Below the pieces are notes generated by a model. The model did no database searches, was not told the DNA's origin, and saw only the letters and a list, made by a program, of their open reading frames with translations. 64,000 nucleotides of DNA from NCBI RefSeq assembly GCF_009914755.1, contig NC_060935.1. One strand, written 5' to 3'. Position numbers and translations under genes: made by a program. Position 1 is the stretch's first letter; each line of letters begins with the position of its first letter. The DNA comes from the human T2T-CHM13v2.0 reference genome, Homo sapiens. Shown piece after piece: positions 44,901 to 56,782 of this stretch.

Positions 44901-47117
44901 AAGAAGGAGTGCAAGCTATAAGGCATTACTTCCAAAATGGTAAAATATTACTTAAAAATGTCAGTTATGAAGAAATTGGAAACAATTTAAATAAACAGTT
45001 TTGCCTAGATGCATATTTTCTGGTCAAAATGGCAACTTCCTGGGTTCACATATGACTCCTGTGTTGGAAATGGAATCTAGAGATGAGATTTGACTGAGGT
45101 TTCTGCCAGTTTGTATGTTCTAGTTACTGTAAGATTGTGGCCATTCTGCAATTCAGGTACAGATCACGGTGCAGAAACATGATTTAATGGTTAATACTGT
45201 GATCTAAATTTCTGCTTGTGGAGAAGCATGTGTGTCTGGCCCCAGGGGTGTTCTTGCCCCTGAGAACACCCTATTATTGAAGAAAATAGATGGGAATTCA
45301 CTGGATTACATATCAGATTCTCCATCAGTGGAGAACTGGCCTCAAGGGATGCAACTAGAATGATGCATTTGTGACCCATCGCAGCTGCTCAAATGGGCAA
45401 AACACATTCATACAGCCCTGGTCAGTCACTCAGTGGAGATCATATATTCATGATCTACCTACTCAGAAATGGATCGCAAACTTTCTCCACATTCATCTAA
45501 AAGGGCAGTCAACTGGAATTCAAAAAGAAACATGAAATGATTTGGTAAACGCTGTACTTAGATACCTTTTTAGCAATTGTTCTTAATTGGAGACTGTTCT
45601 TAGTTATAAACGTCTTGGTAACCCAGGAAAGTTATTTCTTCATTATTAGGCTTACAGATTTTTACTGCTTCTGCTTTAAAACTTTCTTTGAAAACACTTG
45701 AAATCCTAGTTCTACGAATCTGACCAAGATTTAATAACTGAATGACTTTTCCCCGATTTATATCTGGAAAGCTTATTTCCACAGTCGGGAACATCAACTT
45801 GAAATAAATTCACCTGGTTTTGGACTTGAAGAAGTTATTTCATGTGAATTAATTTTGGGTGTGATAAGATCTTTCGTTATGACTCAGATGACCTTAGAAT
45901 GTTTTTACAACTCCCCACTTTTAAATGGCTATAAAAACTAAGCTCTAAAATTCGTATTATTTGGTTAAATATTTAGCACATAGATTTTAGTTATTGCGTA
46001 GAATTATAGCATACAAATTACCTTAAAATTATTAGTTAAATTAATTTCATTAAGTATATACATTTTTAAAAGTATGTCTCTTATATAGTATGTCAGTAAT
46101 TCACACTGAATACCTGTTTGCTCTAACTTTAAGCAATATTTATTCCTGAATAAGAAAATTCAAGTTATGAACTAGGGTTTCTACTAAAATTATTACTTAA
46201 GATAGAACACATTACTTTACTTGATCTACTTTTGTACGCTTTGAGCAAATTTTTTAAAAATTAAATGAGCCAGACTCTAAGAAATGAAAACTGGTAAATA
46301 AAATAATATGTGTTGATTTCCAAAGAATGCTCATAGTATCCAAGCAAAGGAGTACATAACCTATCTGGAAATAGTTACTAGGAGAGTCTACGATGCATTT
46401 TTCCCCTAATTTCACTTTCTTTTTTCTCCTCCTCTCTTTCTCCCTCTCACCTCCCCATATCTCCTCTTACTTTTTTTTTTCTCTCTGCCTTTGTGTATGT
46501 GTATATCTATCTCTATAGCTATATATCTGTATCTCTCACTTTCCTTTCATTTCTTTCCTCTTCTCTTCCTCCTTTCTATTTTTGGGCTGAAGGCCCTTTA
46601 ATTCTTTTGTACTATTAGTCTTCAATCTCTGATTTTTAAAAAAGTGTTGCTTTGCTTAAAATGTATAATATATAACTAATATTGTATCAGATTGGTGGTT
46701 TTAATTTAATAATGAGTTCAATTTTTATGTTTCTCTATGTGTCAAAACATAACTACTAAATTTAGTTATAAGTGTATCTACCAACAGGAATGGCTATAGA
46801 GATGGTGATGGAACTGGTGATGGTAGTGGTGATGCTGGTGGTTTAGTGGTATTGACAATACACTGACAACTTATTATAAACTCCAATTTCAAAAATTACA
46901 ACATTATTACCACTTCTATTCTTTAAAATTCTATTAGAGTTAGCTACATTGTCACTAGTCCCTAGTTTTATGAAAAGAGAAAGGAATTGGGAAGTTATTT
47001 GCATTAAGAGATTGTTTTGAAGTCCTTCAGTGATAAATCCTAGTGGCTAGTTGAATAGTCACAGAGCTTAATGGTCTATCTAGGTACTGAAGCATTCATT
47101 TGGAAAAAAATATTGCA

Positions 47118-47119
47118 TA

Positions 47120-47156
<37 letters not shown>

Positions 47157-47182
47157 GTATGTATATATGTGTTTATATATAT
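47118..47182 (+). repeat. (TG)n(TA)n microsatellite
   Basis: About 13 TG units followed by TA/TATG units. Confidence 0.9.
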
Positions 47183-47655
47183 TTATCCAAATAGAATTGA
47201 GAAAGAAAGATCAGCCACAGAATCAGGTTTTCTGGAATTTAAATCCTAGCTATATCACTCATTAACTCTATTACTTTGAGGAAGTGACAAACTCACTATG
47301 ATAAATTCTAATTATTGCTATTAACATTGTTTTTTAAAATGAGCATATTTATAAATCTACTTAGACTAAAATAATTACTGTATTTTATCTAGTAATATAT
47401 GTTTGCTGAACAAAATTCTGATTTATTTTATTATATACAATGCATATCTATTAGATAGTAAGAATAAAAATAATAAAATTGAAAAATAAGAAATGTAAAT
47501 AGAAAGGAAAAATGTCTTTACTACATTATTGCTGAGAATGAACATTTTGGGAGCAAAATTTGGCAATGCCTATTCAAGTTTTAAAATGTTCATATTCCTT
47601 GATTCTGCAATTATATTGTTAAAAATTATCTTACAGTAATACAATTTATTCAATC

Positions 47656-47810
47656 TGTGTATATATACATGCATGTATATATGCATATATATATTCAAAT
47701 TGCATATATACACATGTGTATACATAGATACATATAAACATGTACATATACAAACAATGTGTGTGTGTATATATATATACACACACATGCACACATACCA
47801 TATACACAAA
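47656..47810 (+). repeat. Degenerate (TA/CA/TG)n low-complexity tract
   Basis: Alternating purine-pyrimidine tract, which produces the spurious ORF 47570-47875. Confidence 0.8.
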
Positions 47811-49109
47811 CTTATGAAGATTTTCAATGCAGCATAGCTAAAATAACAGAAAATATAAATAATATAGATCTTCATATAGAGACATGCAGTGCTATCAATA
47901 ATATTTATTAAAATTAGAGTATATATGTGTATGTATTGGGACCTATTGATGTGTAATTACTAAATTGCATATACAAAATCCTAATTTAATATTTCTAAGT
48001 ACAAATGCACATATGAAAGAATAAGTCATCCTTAATAAATTGAAAAGTGTTCCAGAAGTCAAAATTAGAACCTGGTGTATGTGACTCACATTCCTTGCTC
48101 TGTGTTTTACACTGCACAAAGTCCCTTTGTCCCTCCTCTGGGCCTTTGTACATCTGCTCCACCTGCTGGGAGTAGCCCCTGGTCTTACTTTATCTTAGCC
48201 ACAGTCTAGCTTTAAGGCTTAAATCATTTCTTTTCTTTCATTTCTTTATGAAAACAGTTCAGTTATTTCTATTCAACAGTTATTTCTATTGTCATTATTT
48301 TACCTGCCCTTTATTTAAGAAAATAGGTCACATTTGACAATTTTTTGGATTATCTGTTGTCTACTTAAATTAGTAGGAAAAGTGAGGGAACTATGAAGAA
48401 TTAATTATAATTGCCTCTGTCTTTCCTAGAACAGCTCTTTAAAAAAGAATTCCTTACTACCTACCGTGCAAGAACATGCCATGAAGGTGGCTGATGGTGT
48501 GATTCAAGATTGAACTGGAAGTTCAAGGTACAGTTTAATTATTGATGTAGGCTGAATTGTCTAGGAATACACAGGGTAAAAGATGACAGTTAGAAAATGT
48601 CATCATTGAGCTTATTGGATAGGGAAATAGCAACCAGACTCTAGAAGAGATTTACTTTCACACATGGAGGATGGGCTGGCACCAGCATTATCTATGTCCC
48701 ACTGCTCACTGCAGTTTCCTTCCAATTGATAAATGATATTGATGTCCACTGCAACTTTACTATTCCCAGGAACTCTGAGATATGTGGAAGAAGTAGCAAT
48801 TCTTAAGCATTTGCTTATGGAAATAAGAGAAACATGTAATAAACATAAAGTAATGATATATAGAAAACACATCTTGTGAGTGGGTGGAGAAATATTCAGA
48901 CTGGTGAAAGTGGCGGTAGGCAGTGGGGAGAATTGGTTGACTGAGGGCATAGACAGAGGCACTAGGCAAGCCTGGACTTTACAGACATGTGACATGATCA
49001 GGAAAACCAACACGAATACTGCACTCCCACCCTTTATGGGTATTACCTCCATTAGCCTTCACAGCAGTTTTGTGAGCCATCAGGTGAAAATACTGGGGCG
49101 CTGTGAGGC

Positions 49110-51130
49110 AAAGGAGTTGGTAGCCTGGGCATCGGAGTTAGTCACATGCCTGCAAGAAACTGTGAGGCAGCTATGCAATTTCTCTAAGCCTCAGTTGCTG
49201 CTTCAGAAAATCCAGTCATAATACTTATTTCATATGGCCGTTCATGATAATCAAATGAGAAAAAGATGTTTAGTCATTGCCCATAATCAGTAAGTAATAC
49301 AAACATGGTAGCTATGGCTTCTCTTTCACTAATTGTGCTGTTGCAGAAATTGAGGACTGGGGAGGTTGAGATTACAAAGCCAGTATGTAGCCTGGCTAGG
49401 ACTTAGAGGTAGGTTTGCTGTGTCTGAATTCAGGAACATACCCTTTGAACAGAAGATTAAGTATGGAAAAAAATAACAGGGTATGAGTCTGGCAGGAAGT
49501 AAGTGGGACTGATGGTGGAATAAATACAGTGAAGCACATGAGAAATGAAGTCCAAACAGTAAGAGAAAAGGGGCTGGTGATGAGACCTGAATGTCAGTTG
49601 GAAAAGTTCAATTCTGTTCCGTATCAACACAGGGTCATACTAGGTCCCAAACTTAAGGACAGACAGGGCATATATATTCTAGAATAGCGGCTTTCATTTT
49701 TCTGAACATGAAATGAACAACCCCTCTAAGGAAATCCTACCCAGAGACATAAACAATTAATGCAAATAACAACTGAGTGTTTGTGTTTGAAGAGGACAGA
49801 GCCAGTCCTGCTGATACTCATCTAGGAAACCATCCTTATACTGCAGATGAGAAAACCAGGTTTCGGAGATGCCAGCAGCATGCTCAAATACAGATTAAGT
49901 TAGTGATGCAAAGTGGAATAAAATCTACTTGTCATTTATTGACTCCCAAGCCAGCGTTCCTTTAACTTCACAAGGATTGTTGCAAGAAAGTACTCAGTCC
50001 TGGGGCTAGGGAGGAGAGGATGAGATTAAGTAATATATGGCACTTCCACAGTTTCCTGTGGTTGTTCTGCATTCAGTGTAAGGGATGGGGGTGGAGTGGG
50101 CTACTGAAAAGCAGGAGTGACTTCTTAGCATTAACAGAGGGGCATAATCCAAATATCAATGTGAAGCTTTGCTTTTTGCAAAATTTCTTAGATGTGGCAT
50201 CCAGGTCTGCTTTATAGTCCCTAGTAATATGAGGCATTCTTTACTGCAGGTTTTTCTCTTGGTTGCAGTAGTAACTTCCCTGAAATACAATCTATTCTTC
50301 TCTTCTCATGTGGTGGGATATACTAGGTATGAATCGAAGCCGTGTGAGCAAAATGCCAGCTCCACCACAAAATAGTTATATAATCTCGTGCAAGATATTT
50401 AACTCCTAAGGGCTTTGGTCTCTCTTTACGATGGGAGTAGTATAGGTACCTACCTCATGTGGTATCATGAGGTTTAAATGAAATAATATGGCTAACATAT
50501 CTGGCATAGTGCCCAGCAGCATTGTTAGCCTAAAAGCTAATTGCTTAGTTGTTGTCATTATGCTCTGAAATCCTTTGTTCCATTTAGGAAACAGAGGAAA
50601 CTGAAAGGAATGACTCAGGCTAATTCAAGGTTCAAGTCAGTTGTATTGGGGATCTGGAGTTTTGCTGAACCATGATGGTTTATAATCTTCATTACTGAAT
50701 AATGAAGTCAGGGATTATATAGTAACTACTTTTAGGTATATGATGATCATTTAAAATTTAGAAGAAAAGCACACAATTGGAAAAGAATCAATATTTTTTT
50801 AAAAAGCACAAGAATAACCTACTTCATCACATTATTTTTAAGATAAGCAGGATAATAATTGTAATATACTTAGCATAGTGATTGGTGAATGATAAATCTC
50901 ACAGCATAATTACTAGAGAAGCTGTATTGATATTTGAGGGTACTGATTCCGGCATCAGAATATAAGGTCCAAATTCTAGCTTCACTACTGAAGAGCTATG
51001 TGACCTTGCTTAAGGTTCCTAAACTGTATGAGAGTACGTTCCTGTTTCTGTAAAACAAAGCCAATCATAGAATTATTCTAATGCCTGGAATAAGGAATTG
51101 CCTCCAAGGTGAGGTAGGTGCTAAAAAAGT
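49110..51130. mobile_element. Cluster of MIR fragments upstream of OR4C6 (about 49110-49320 +, 49340-49430 -, 49820-49965 -, 50320-50560 +, 50930-51130 +)
   Basis: Core motifs tctctaagcctcagtt, gatgagaaaaccagg, gtacctacctcatgtgg..gaggtttaaatgaaataat, agctatgtgaccttg. Confidence 0.6.
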
Positions 51131-51371
51131 TATCTATTAATAATAACTATTATAAAGGTAGGACAAGGAGGAAAAAATCTATTTCACATAGAAACACAAT
51201 TTAGAAAGGGAGGAGAAAAGGCTTGGGGAAGCCTTGCATAAATAAAGTATTTCCCTTTTAAATTATTTATTTAGCACATTCTTAGAAGTCAAATGCCTAG
51301 ATGGAGAATACATGGGTAAAAACAAAGAACAAATTCCCTGAGGTCCTGGAAATACAAGAAGCCAAATTAGT

Positions 51372-51403
51372 CACTAATTATAAATCATATCTTGCTTATT
51401 TAG
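51372..51403 (+). promoter_or_regulatory. Branch point and splice acceptor of the OR4C6 coding exon
   Basis: cactaat branch-like motif (51372-51378) then cttgcttatttAG ending at 51403, 42 nt before the ATG. An alternative ctctcAG ends at 51419. Confidence 0.6.
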
Positions 51404-51445
51404 GATTCTCAACTCTCAGCTGGAACTCATATCAACACCTGAGAA

Positions 51446-52375
51446 ATGGAAAATCAAAACAATGTGACTGAATTCATTCTTCTGGGTCTCACAGAGAACC
51501 TGGAGCTGTGGAAAATATTTTCTGCTGTGTTTCTTGTCATGTATGTAGCCACAGTGCTGGAAAATCTACTTATTGTGGTAACTATTATCACAAGTCAGAG
51601 TCTGAGGTCACCTATGTATTTTTTTCTTACCTTCTTGTCCCTTTTGGATGTCATGTTCTCATCTGTCGTTGCCCCCAAGGTGATTGTAGACACCCTCTCC
51701 AAGAGCACTACCATCTCTCTCAAAGGCTGCCTCACCCAGCTGTTTGTGGAGCATTTCTTTGGTGGTGTGGGGATCATCCTCCTCACTGTGATGGCCTATG
51801 ACCGCTACGTGGCCATCTGTAAGCCCCTGCACTACACGATCATCATGAGTCCACGGGTGTGCTGCCTAATGGTAGGAGGGGCTTGGGTGGGGGGATTTAT
51901 GCACGCAATGATACAACTTCTCTTCATGTATCAAATACCCTTCTGTGGTCCTAATATCATAGATCACTTTATATGTGATTTGTTTCAGTTGTTGACACTT
52001 GCCTGCACGGACACCCACATCCTGGGCCTCTTAGTTACCCTCAACAGTGGGATGATGTGTGTGGCCATCTTTCTTATCTTAATTGCGTCCTACACGGTCA
52101 TCCTATGCTCCCTGAAGTCTTACAGCTCTAAAGGGCGGCACAAAGCCCTCTCTACCTGCAGCTCCCACCTCACGGTGGTTGTATTGTTCTTTGTCCCCTG
52201 TATTTTCTTGTACATGAGGCCTGTGGTCACTCACCCCATAGACAAGGCAATGGCTGTGTCAGACTCAATCATCACACCCATGTTAAATCCCTTGATCTAT
52301 ACACTGAGGAATGCAGAGGTGAAAAGTGCCATGAAGAAACTCTGGATGAAATGGGAGGCTTTGGCTGGGAAATAA
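51446..52375 (+). CDS. OR4C6: Olfactory receptor family 4 subfamily C member 6 (309 aa)
   Basis: Intact [22 protein letters not shown]... with [46 protein letters not shown]. The gene order OR4P4-OR4S2-OR4C6 matches the known 11q11 cluster. Confidence 0.92.
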   Translation: MENQNNVTEFILLGLTENLELWKIFSAVFLVMYVATVLENLLIVVTIITSQSLRSPMYFFLTFLSLLDVMFSSVVAPKVIVDTLSKSTTISLKGCLTQLFVEHFFGGVGIILLTVMAYDRYVAICKPLHYTIIMSPRVCCLMVGGAWVGGFMHAMIQLLFMYQIPFCGPNIIDHFICDLFQLLTLACTDTHILGLLVTLNSGMMCVAIFLILIASYTVILCSLKSYSSKGRHKALSTCSSHLTVVVLFFVPCIFLYMRPVVTHPIDKAMAVSDSIITPMLNPLIYTLRNAEVKSAMKKLWMKWEALAGK

Positions 52376-52480
52376 CTGCAATGCTGAGAACATCATGTAT
52401 TTCCCAAAAGGAGAAGTCATTCTTTCAGAAATGTGTAAGAGCTAAAACTGTCCATTCCTCGGTGGCTGTCAAAGGAAGCT

Positions 52481-52757
52481 TTTTTTGAGACAGAGTCTCA
52501 CTGTGTCACCCAGGCTGGAGTGCGGTGGCACTATCTTGGCTCTGCAGTCTCCACCTCCTGGGTGATTATTCTGCCTTAGCCTCCCCAGTAGCTGGGACTA
52601 CAGGCACGTGCCATGACACCCGGCTAATTTTTTTATATTCAGTAGGATGGAATTTCACCCTGTTGCCAAAGCTGGTCTTGAACTCCCGAGCGCAAGTGAT
52701 TCCCCTGCCTCTACCTCCCAAAGTGCTGGGATTACAGACATGAGCTCTGTGCCCGGC
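52481..52757 (-). mobile_element. Alu (AluJ-like) about 100 bp downstream of the OR4C6 stop
   Basis: gaactcccgagcgcaagtgat (J-type). TSD AGGAAGCTTT near 52473 and 52762. Confidence 0.9.
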
Positions 52758-53183
52758 AGAGAGGAAGCTTTTAAAATTGTAAAACTGGGTTTATGATTCA
52801 GATTCTGTGCAAATTAGATATTATGATACTTTACTGCTTTATACCCTTCCCTAGCTTCCCATTGTCTTAGAAACAAATATCAATAATATAATATATATTC
52901 AATAATTTAATGAGTGATGTGATTAGAAGTTTGAATCAATAGGTGAATAAATTGTATAAGGAAAATGACTATTTGAAAAAGAGATATTTAAAAGTATTTC
53001 ACAAAGTAAATAATTAAGTACTACTTATGGGATTTTATTTGTGTAGGATACACCAGAAACAAAGAAGGAAAGATACAGAGTAAGCTAAAAATATTTTAAA
53101 AATCTAGTTACACTGAAGGTGGGGGCATGGGAGATAGTGATGGAGATAGTGATAGAGAAGTGGTGTTTAAAGACAACCATATA

Positions 53184-53500
53184 CAGTCAGCCCTCTGCAT
53201 CCACGGGTTCAATATCAACCAATCACAGATCAAAAATATTTGGGGAAAAAAAACCCAAAACCAAAAAAATGACAAAATAACGATAAAACATAATACAAAC
53301 TTAAAAATACAGTATAGCAATTATTTATATAACATTTACCTTGTATTAGGTACTACAAGTGATCATGGGATGATTTAAAGTCTACAACAAGTTGTACACT
53401 GGGCATATGCAAATACTCTGCCATTTTATATATGGGACTTCAATATCCACAGATTTCGTTATTCACGGTGGCCCTGGAACCAGACACCGAGGGGTCACTG
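53184..53500 (-). mobile_element. MER2 (Tigger-type) non-autonomous DNA transposon
   Basis: TA-cagtcagccctctgcatcc...caccgaggggtcactg-TA termini, with internal atatgcaaatactctgccattttatatatgggactt. Confidence 0.85.
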
Positions 53501-54619
53501 TACTCCCTTGTAATGTTCTCCTTTGATAAGTAAGGCAAGTGCAGTAGTTTATCATTTGTGCAATTAATATTAAACATCTTTAGAAGATAACATGAAATAA
53601 GCCTGATTTTTTCTTTTTTAAGAAAACATAGTGCTTAAAATTTCCAGACAATGGAGTTATTGGTCTCCCCTATTGCTATAAGTAACTGAAACCTAGACAA
53701 AATATATAAGACACCTGTTTTTAATATTAGGCAATATAGAACTGGGGAGTCCCTTAGAGAAGGGAAACTAATTAGGGGAGTGCTAGGACTGCCGCAGGCT
53801 TCTGCTAGGGGAAACTTCTGGACCATGGTCTAGGCACGGAGAAGCCAACATGTCATCACAGTTGAAACAGAGATCATAGCCCAGGGTAGCAGAAGAAGCT
53901 GTAATCTGTGGAGCAGAGTACTAGAGAGGAAGGAGCTACGCAGTCTTCACAGGGTCCAGTGCAGCCTGAGATAGTTGCTGAATACTAAGAATACTAAGGT
54001 GTGCCTGTGTGGAGTGAAACTCAAGACAGACTAAAGAACAACACCACTCAACATACATGTTCCTTGCAATTTAGGACTTTGCCTGACCTAGTAACATAGG
54101 GGCAAGCTGAAAACACATCATCATTTTGTAACTGAAAGACAGACACCTCAGTTGCCCTGGCAGAAGACAAAAGATATTGGAGACTTGAGCATGTTTATTG
54201 ACTCAGCCTAAATGTGAAACACATTATCTCCACTCACATGTCTTGCATTTCCAATATGAAGACATATTTCATATATCTACAGTGGCCAGGCAGATAATTT
54301 CTAAGATTTTTCCACCTAACTGAAAGGGAGCATAAAATATAGCAGAGCATATGGAATATTTCCTGTGAGTTACTGTCTCCAGTATAATGTGTTGGTGAAG
54401 TGCCAGGTTTTAAATGTGTCTTTCTCATTCCAAAGTTTGAACTCTTTCAACCAATTTTATTAAGCAATATGACTTGAGAACCTCAACTTGGTTGTTTCAT
54501 AGAGATGATCCCTGCTTTTGAACAATGGGGAAGATTCAAAAAATACTTTAAAATGTTTCAGTTTATTTAAACACTTTTGATGTGACAGACAAAGGTGGTA
54601 GCAGATGCAAATAAAACCA

Positions 54620-54830
54620 AAAATAGTGACTTATATCTATAGAGCACTTATCATATCCCAGGCACTTTTCTAAGCACTTTATAAACATTACCTCCTTTAA
54701 TCCTCATTACAAATCTATAAGTTCACTACTGCTATCAATCATTTTGCCAGAGAAGCATCTGAATCCAGAAAGATTAAGTTACTTGCTTGATAAATCGCTA
54801 AACCAAATTTTAAACCCAGTTTAGCTCCAG
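54620..54830 (-). mobile_element. MIR SINE
   Basis: gagcacttatcatatcccaggcact..tttaatcctcattacaa..aagattaagttacttgc. Confidence 0.75.
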
Positions 54831-55481
54831 GCTTGTAAACTCATCTGTACCGAGACCTTGGGTACAATAAGTGGAAGAGATAGACAAATTAATTGAATTT
54901 AATAGGTAAAATCGTGTACTGGAGAAGGGGTATGAGCTAAAATTAATAAAAAATGATGGCAATAAAATCTTGTTTTCAGGTTCATTGGCATATAAACTGT
55001 GGGAGAAAAACAATATCCACTTAAGCAGAATCAGCCTATGGAGGGGAGAATCAGGAAAACAAAACAATAAAGAAGATGCTCACATAAGAGAAATTATGGA
55101 GAATTCTATTTATAATTGACCTGAGATCCACAAGATATAATGAAAAAGGATTTGGGAAATTAAAGCTATCCTGGAAAAAGATAGTTTATATTGCTGGAGG
55201 GTATTTCAAATATAAAGTTAAAACATTTTCTTAAAAAAATAGGCAGTCCTTAGTTAAACAAACATTCATGTATTTTTTTTTTCAAATCCCAGACACTCAT
55301 ACAACACCTGGACTTGCTATTGGGCTTTTGACATGGCATATTCTATAAGAATGTGGGCTATAAAGACAGGGCTTCCTTTTCACTGCTGCCTAAAATAGTT
55401 CTCAGCAATAATAGGGAGTCAGTAAATTGAATTTAATTTTGAGTAGGGAATATTTCTGTGGACGCTGTTGGTGACAGGTAC

Positions 55482-56075
55482 CTGTGGCAGAGACTGCTAA
55501 TTGTCCACTAAAGCCCATTCTTCCCTCCTCTGCAGCAATACAAAGGTAACCACCTGAGCAGTGCCTACCTTCCTCAGCCCCTATGCATCTAGGTGTAGCT
55601 CTGTGACTAAGTTTTTGTCAATTGGATGTAATCAGAGGAATATGTGTAACTTGCAGGCTGAAATCCACAATGTTGGACGTGTGTTCCTCAAGATCATAGC
55701 CCCTTCTTGACACCTAATACCAGGCTGGTGGTGTCACAGTTATAGATAACCATGCCATGTGGCTATGCTTCTCAGATTGGTATGTATACATGAAATACCC
55801 AGGGTTAAATTCAGATTACAATTCATCAGGTCTAGGGAGGGGCCCAAGATTGTGCAATAATTCCAGCATGTGGCTCACACTTTGACCCTGAAGGCCCTAG
55901 GGGTGATCAAGCAAGAGTTTGAAAGGAACCTGAGTCTCTGAATGAAAAGGAGGATATGCGCTGCCAGCCTGGACCATTTACATGGGACTGTTGCAAGCAA
56001 AAGAGTAAAAAAGAATAAAATTTCTATATAGCACTAGGTCATTGTGTTTTTCATTTATACAATGTAGCATTACTC
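55482..56075 (-). mobile_element. Old MLT1 (J/K-like) LTR with a probable MER5A-type insert at about 55760-55885
   Basis: tgtggcagagactgctaattg..tgcatctaggtgtagctctgtgactaagttt; insert catcaggtctagggaggggcccaagatt..cacactttga. Strand assignment is tentative. Confidence 0.5.
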
Positions 56076-56121
56076 CAAGTAGAAGAGAAGTCAGAATATT
56101 CATGAGACCATTCTTTTCTTT

Positions 56122-56782
56122 CCCTTTTTTCTTTTATTAACTTTTATTTTAAGTTCAAGATTATATTTGCAGATTTGTTACATAGGTAAACTTGTGTCAT
56201 GGGGGTTTGCTCTACAGATTATTTCATCACCCAGGTATTAAGCCCAGTACCCAATAGTTATTTTTTCTACCCCTCTCCCTCCTCCAACCCTCCACCCTCA
56301 AGTAGACCCCTGTCTATTATACCCTTCTTTGTGTTCATGAGTTCTCATCATTTAGCTTCCACTTATAAATGAGAACATACGGTATTTGATTTTCTTTTCC
56401 TGCATTAGTTTGCTAGGATAATAGCCTCCAGCTCCATCCATGTCCCTCCAAAGGACATGATCTTGTTATTTTGTATGGCTGCATTTGAGAAATGCAAATC
56501 AAAACCACAATGAGATTATCTCCCACCAGTCAGAATGGCTATTATCAAAAAGTAAAAAAACAACAGATGCTGGTGAGGTTGTAGAGGAAAAGGAACACTT
56601 ATACACTGTTGGTGAGAGTGTCACTTAGTTCAACCATTGTGGAAGACAGTGTTGCAATTCCTTAAAGACCTAAAGACAGAAATACTATTTGACCAGGCAA
56701 TCCCATTACTGGGTATATACCCAAAAGAATATAAATTGTTCCATTATAAAGACACATGCACATGTACGTTCATTGCAGCACT
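56122..56782 (-). mobile_element. 5'-inverted (twin-primed) L1PA13-like insertion
   Basis: Minus-strand L1 3' end (56122-56484) joined to a plus-strand upstream L1 piece (56485-56782). Degenerate TSD cattcttttcttt (56109-56121) and cactcttctcttt (56779-56791). Confidence 0.85.

Noticed and set aside
48612-49221. Overlapping 146-aa and 113-aa ORFs as novel genes
   Set aside because: No recognisable domain, partial MIR overlap, and lengths compatible with chance in 64 kb.
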